Shown here: positions 61,978 to 64,000 of the stretch, piece by piece
Layout of the letters: each line of letters starts with the position of its first letter
Position numbering within the stretch: position 1 is the stretch's first letter
Assembly: GCA_963663475.2 (NCBI GenBank)
Contig: CAXXJV010000001.1
Location: forward strand, 96,001-160,000
Direction: 5' to 3'
Length of the DNA: 64,000 nt
Origin: Candidatus Cloacimonadales bacterium
Lineage (GTDB): Bacteria > Cloacimonadota > Cloacimonadia > Cloacimonadales > JAFGVF01
Notes under the pieces: generated by a model
What the model was told of the DNA's origin: nothing
What the model saw: the letters and a program-made list of their open reading frames with translations, nothing else
Databases searched by the model: none
Position numbers and translations under genes: made by a program

Positions 61978-62200
61978 GTTTGATATTAAGACGCTAACAC
62001 GCCACGAATCAACAAACGTCGCCTCAGGGTTAGCCCCATCAGTCAAGATGCTCGTGGTTTACTTATCAACCTCAGCGTCCACACAGCTTAAACAAGGATA
62101 AGCTCTGGCTGTGCTTCCAGTTTCATGGACCCGTAAAGTCTTAATCACTTCTAGGCTTTCCACACCAATCAAACGAGGATTAAGCTCTCTCGGTGCTTCT
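61951..62200 (-). ncRNA. Structured multi-pseudoknot ncRNA; resembles the skipping-rope class from memory
   Basis: Closing stem ATTAAGAC/GTCTTAAT (62145-61985); internal stems GTCCA/TGGAC, CTGG/CCAG, CCACGA/TCGTGG; long-range pairings CACAGC/GCTGTG, CTTATC/GATAAG, GCTAAC/GTTAGC; own promoter and terminator. Confidence 0.75.
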
Positions 62201-62206
62201 ATTTAT

Positions 62207-62234
62207 ATTATACTCAAGTTCTTACTTTTTGCAA
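62207..62234 (-). promoter_or_regulatory. Sigma70-type promoter for the ncRNA
   Basis: Minus strand TTGCAA-N16-TATAAT; predicted start near 62200. Confidence 0.65.
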
Positions 62235-62238
62235 GTTA

Positions 62239-63537
62239 TCATTCATCAATTAAACCCAAAATCCACTCAATCCAAGAAATTACAGTACTTGCTCTTCGAT
62301 TATATGTATACTCTGATTCTACACTATTAATATTAGATATTTTCATAAATTCTACTATACTTTCTTTCTCTGGTCTAACCTGATTATCTAAGTAATCTAA
62401 TAGTGCTAATCTGAAAGGTTTATGAGATAATATTAGTTCTGTATATTTAAGATTTCTTTCTCTATTAGTTTTATTGAAAAGAGATTTACCCATTTCACTC
62501 AAGTAATATACGATATCTCCTTGTTCATTTTTTCCTTTCTCTATTAGCATTAAATATAAACAAGCATTAGTATAATAGCCAGTTTGTCTATTAGTAAAAT
62601 TATAGTTTTCAGTTATTTCATCATTGCTAATCTCATTTTTATCGTTCAGAATCTCACAAATGTTAATAACTCTTTCAAAACTATTAGCTTGTGGAAAAGG
62701 TACATTTGTAGATTCCTCTGTAACTCTTACAAAAGATAATATCTCTATAATATCATTTAGCCGTATTGGTGAATCTGTGAAAGTATAAGATTGTTTTCTC
62801 ACGAGTACTATTGAATTATATTTGTTTTTGTCAGTAAATCTGTATTCATGTAGAGTAAAAATACCATTTAAAAACGTCATATAAACTGGTCTTATAGTCT
62901 TATTGATTTTATTCTCCCATAAACGGTATGGATAATAAAGTTGCCTAATCAGAAAGTCCTCAGATATTGTGTTCTTAGCTTCTATTAGAATTAAAGAGTT
63001 TTGACTCTCAAATCCTCCATCTATCTCCATTTGAGATTTCTCTACAGAACACTCCAAAAGATTCAGATCATGTTTTTGGACACTAAAATTGAAACATCCT
63101 GAAGACATTCTACCACTTACTGTTAATTGGCTATCCTCATCAAAGAAATCATTAAAAATACCTGAAATTTGAGCAATATTTATTGCTGTAGATTCGCTTG
63201 TGATATTCCCTTGTTCAATTGATAGGATATGTTCTGGAAAAGGTACAGTCTTAACATCTGTTTTAATTTTTTCAAAGTCATGATATGCTTCAAAATTTGA
63301 AATGACATAATCACCTCTTGTTAAAGGGAGGATTGCAAGTTTATATTTTTTAAATAATTTTGGCAAAGTATTCTTGAAGTCAAACTTAGTCATAAGTCTT
63401 GCTTCTCGAAATTCTTTAATCTCCTTTGCGGTAATAATATATTTACCTTCATCAGTTATTTTTTTATCAATCTTATATTTATCAAACAATTTTCCCCAAG
63501 CCTCATCAAGCTTAGTTTCACTAGATTTTTTACTCAT
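62239..63537 (-). CDS. Putative type II restriction endonuclease (PD-(D/E)xK) with a C-terminal wHTH-like domain
   Basis: QMEIDGGFES...ILIEAK...RQLYYPY; overlaps the upstream Dam MTase stop. Confidence 0.7.
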   Translation of the reverse strand: MSKKSSETKLDEAWGKLFDKYKIDKKITDEGKYIITAKEIKEFREARLMTKFDFKNTLPKLFKKYKLAILPLTRGDYVISNFEAYHDFEKIKTDVKTVPFPEHILSIEQGNITSESTAINIAQISGIFNDFFDEDSQLTVSGRMSSGCFNFSVQKHDLNLLECSVEKSQMEIDGGFESQNSLILIEAKNTISEDFLIRQLYYPYRLWENKINKTIRPVYMTFLNGIFTLHEYRFTDKNKYNSIVLVRKQSYTFTDSPIRLNDIIEILSFVRVTEESTNVPFPQANSFERVINICEILNDKNEISNDEITENYNFTNRQTGYYTNACLYLMLIEKGKNEQGDIVYYLSEMGKSLFNKTNRERNLKYTELILSHKPFRLALLDYLDNQVRPEKESIVEFMKISNINSVESEYTYNRRASTVISWIEWILGLIDE

Positions 63538-64000
63538 AGTTCCTCACTAGGACTTCATCAACTTCTCCTCTAGATGATCCTACAGAGTTAATCGACCTTC
63601 TAGCCTGAACATTAAGTATTTGATAATCTTTGTATAATTCTCTTATATACTCTGTGTTTGAATTAGATAAAAGAAATTTAACTCCTCTTTGATTTAAATT
63701 ATCACATAATAATTTTAATCTCAATTGCTCATCTTTATTGAAGCCACCCTGAGTGTATCCAGTAAAACTTGAACTAGAAGAAACAGGATCATAAGGTGGA
63801 TCAAAATAAACAAATGCTCCCTTTCTAATTCCTTTTACTGATTCTTCAAAATCACCATTGAGAAAAGTTATATTATTATTCAACAGATATTTACTAACAG
63901 CTCTTAGTGTTACCTCATTAACGATGTTTGGATTCTTATAGAAACCAAAAGGGGCATTGAATTCTCCAGCTTGATTTACTCTAAACAAACCATTATAACA
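63530..64000 (-). CDS. Dam/DpnM-like DNA adenine methyltransferase, C-terminal part (5' end outside the window)
   Basis: CYNGLFRVNQAGEFNAPFG, FVYFDPPY, FTGYT, LLSNS, ARRSIN. Confidence 0.9.
   Translation of the reverse strand, partial: CYNGLFRVNQAGEFNAPFGFYKNPNIVNEVTLRAVSKYLLNNNITFLNGDFEESVKGIRKGAFVYFDPPYDPVSSSSSFTGYTQGGFNKDEQLRLKLLCDNLNQRGVKFLLSNSNTEYIRELYKDYQILNVQARRSINSVGSSRGEVDEVLVRNYE

Larger units (their letters stand above)
44564..64000. mobile_element. Mu-like (transposable) prophage: late-gene half plus cargo; other end presumably beyond the window
   Basis: DUF935 portal, MuF, gp36-, gp37- and gpG-like genes, terminase, capsid, tape measure, and Mu-type end repeats at 44564-44733. 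No transposase in the window. Inclusion of 62-64 kb is inferred. Confidence 0.8.

Noticed and set aside
61985-62200. tmRNA, RNase P RNA, tRNA or SAM-I riboswitch identity for the ncRNA
   Set aside because: No tRNA-like ends and no GAGGAAAGUCC; CTTATC/GATAAG and ATGAAAC are present but not in SAM-I order, and there is no downstream gene to regulate.
62111-62383. 90-aa + strand ORF across the ncRNA and the endonuclease 3' end
   Set aside because: GTG start without an RBS, antisense to both features; shadow ORF.

Overview
AT-rich bacterial window, probably from an FCB-superphylum anaerobe such as Ca. Cloacimonadota (inferred from T9SS-type CTD, PorV and PorE-like genes together with a Thermotoga/Thermococcales-like Mbx complex). 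1-19.9 kb (minus): a 5691-aa Ig-rich surface protein with a T9SS/FlgD-type C-terminal domain, followed by a PorV-family barrel and a PorE-like TPR-propeller-OmpA protein. 21.2-32.8 kb: a STAND-ATPase/TPR/GAF sigma54 activator, an exonuclease-DinG fusion, murB, an S41 peptidase, a ferritin-like gene and mosaics of REP-like repeats. 32.9-44.5 kb (minus): a TetR-led 12-gene Mbx/MBS-type Mrp-complex I module, with fused H-H' antiporter subunits and a NuoI-GltD fusion. 44.56 kb to the end: a Mu-like transposable prophage with a recognisable end (TGAAG plus five 21-bp repeats), a tail module with a -1 frameshift chaperone, lysis genes, a Dam MTase lacking an in-frame ATG, a frameshifted terminase, and a portal-MuF-PBECR2 fusion whose linkers are translated intergenic repeats. 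Convergent with that fusion is an unannotated, multi-pseudoknot ncRNA with its own promoter and terminator, followed by a Dam plus PD-(D/E)xK RM-like pair. The best candidate for a new system is the virion-associated PBECR2 nuclease paired with this ncRNA in the position where an immunity gene would normally be. All family assignments come from motif recognition by eye; no searches were run.
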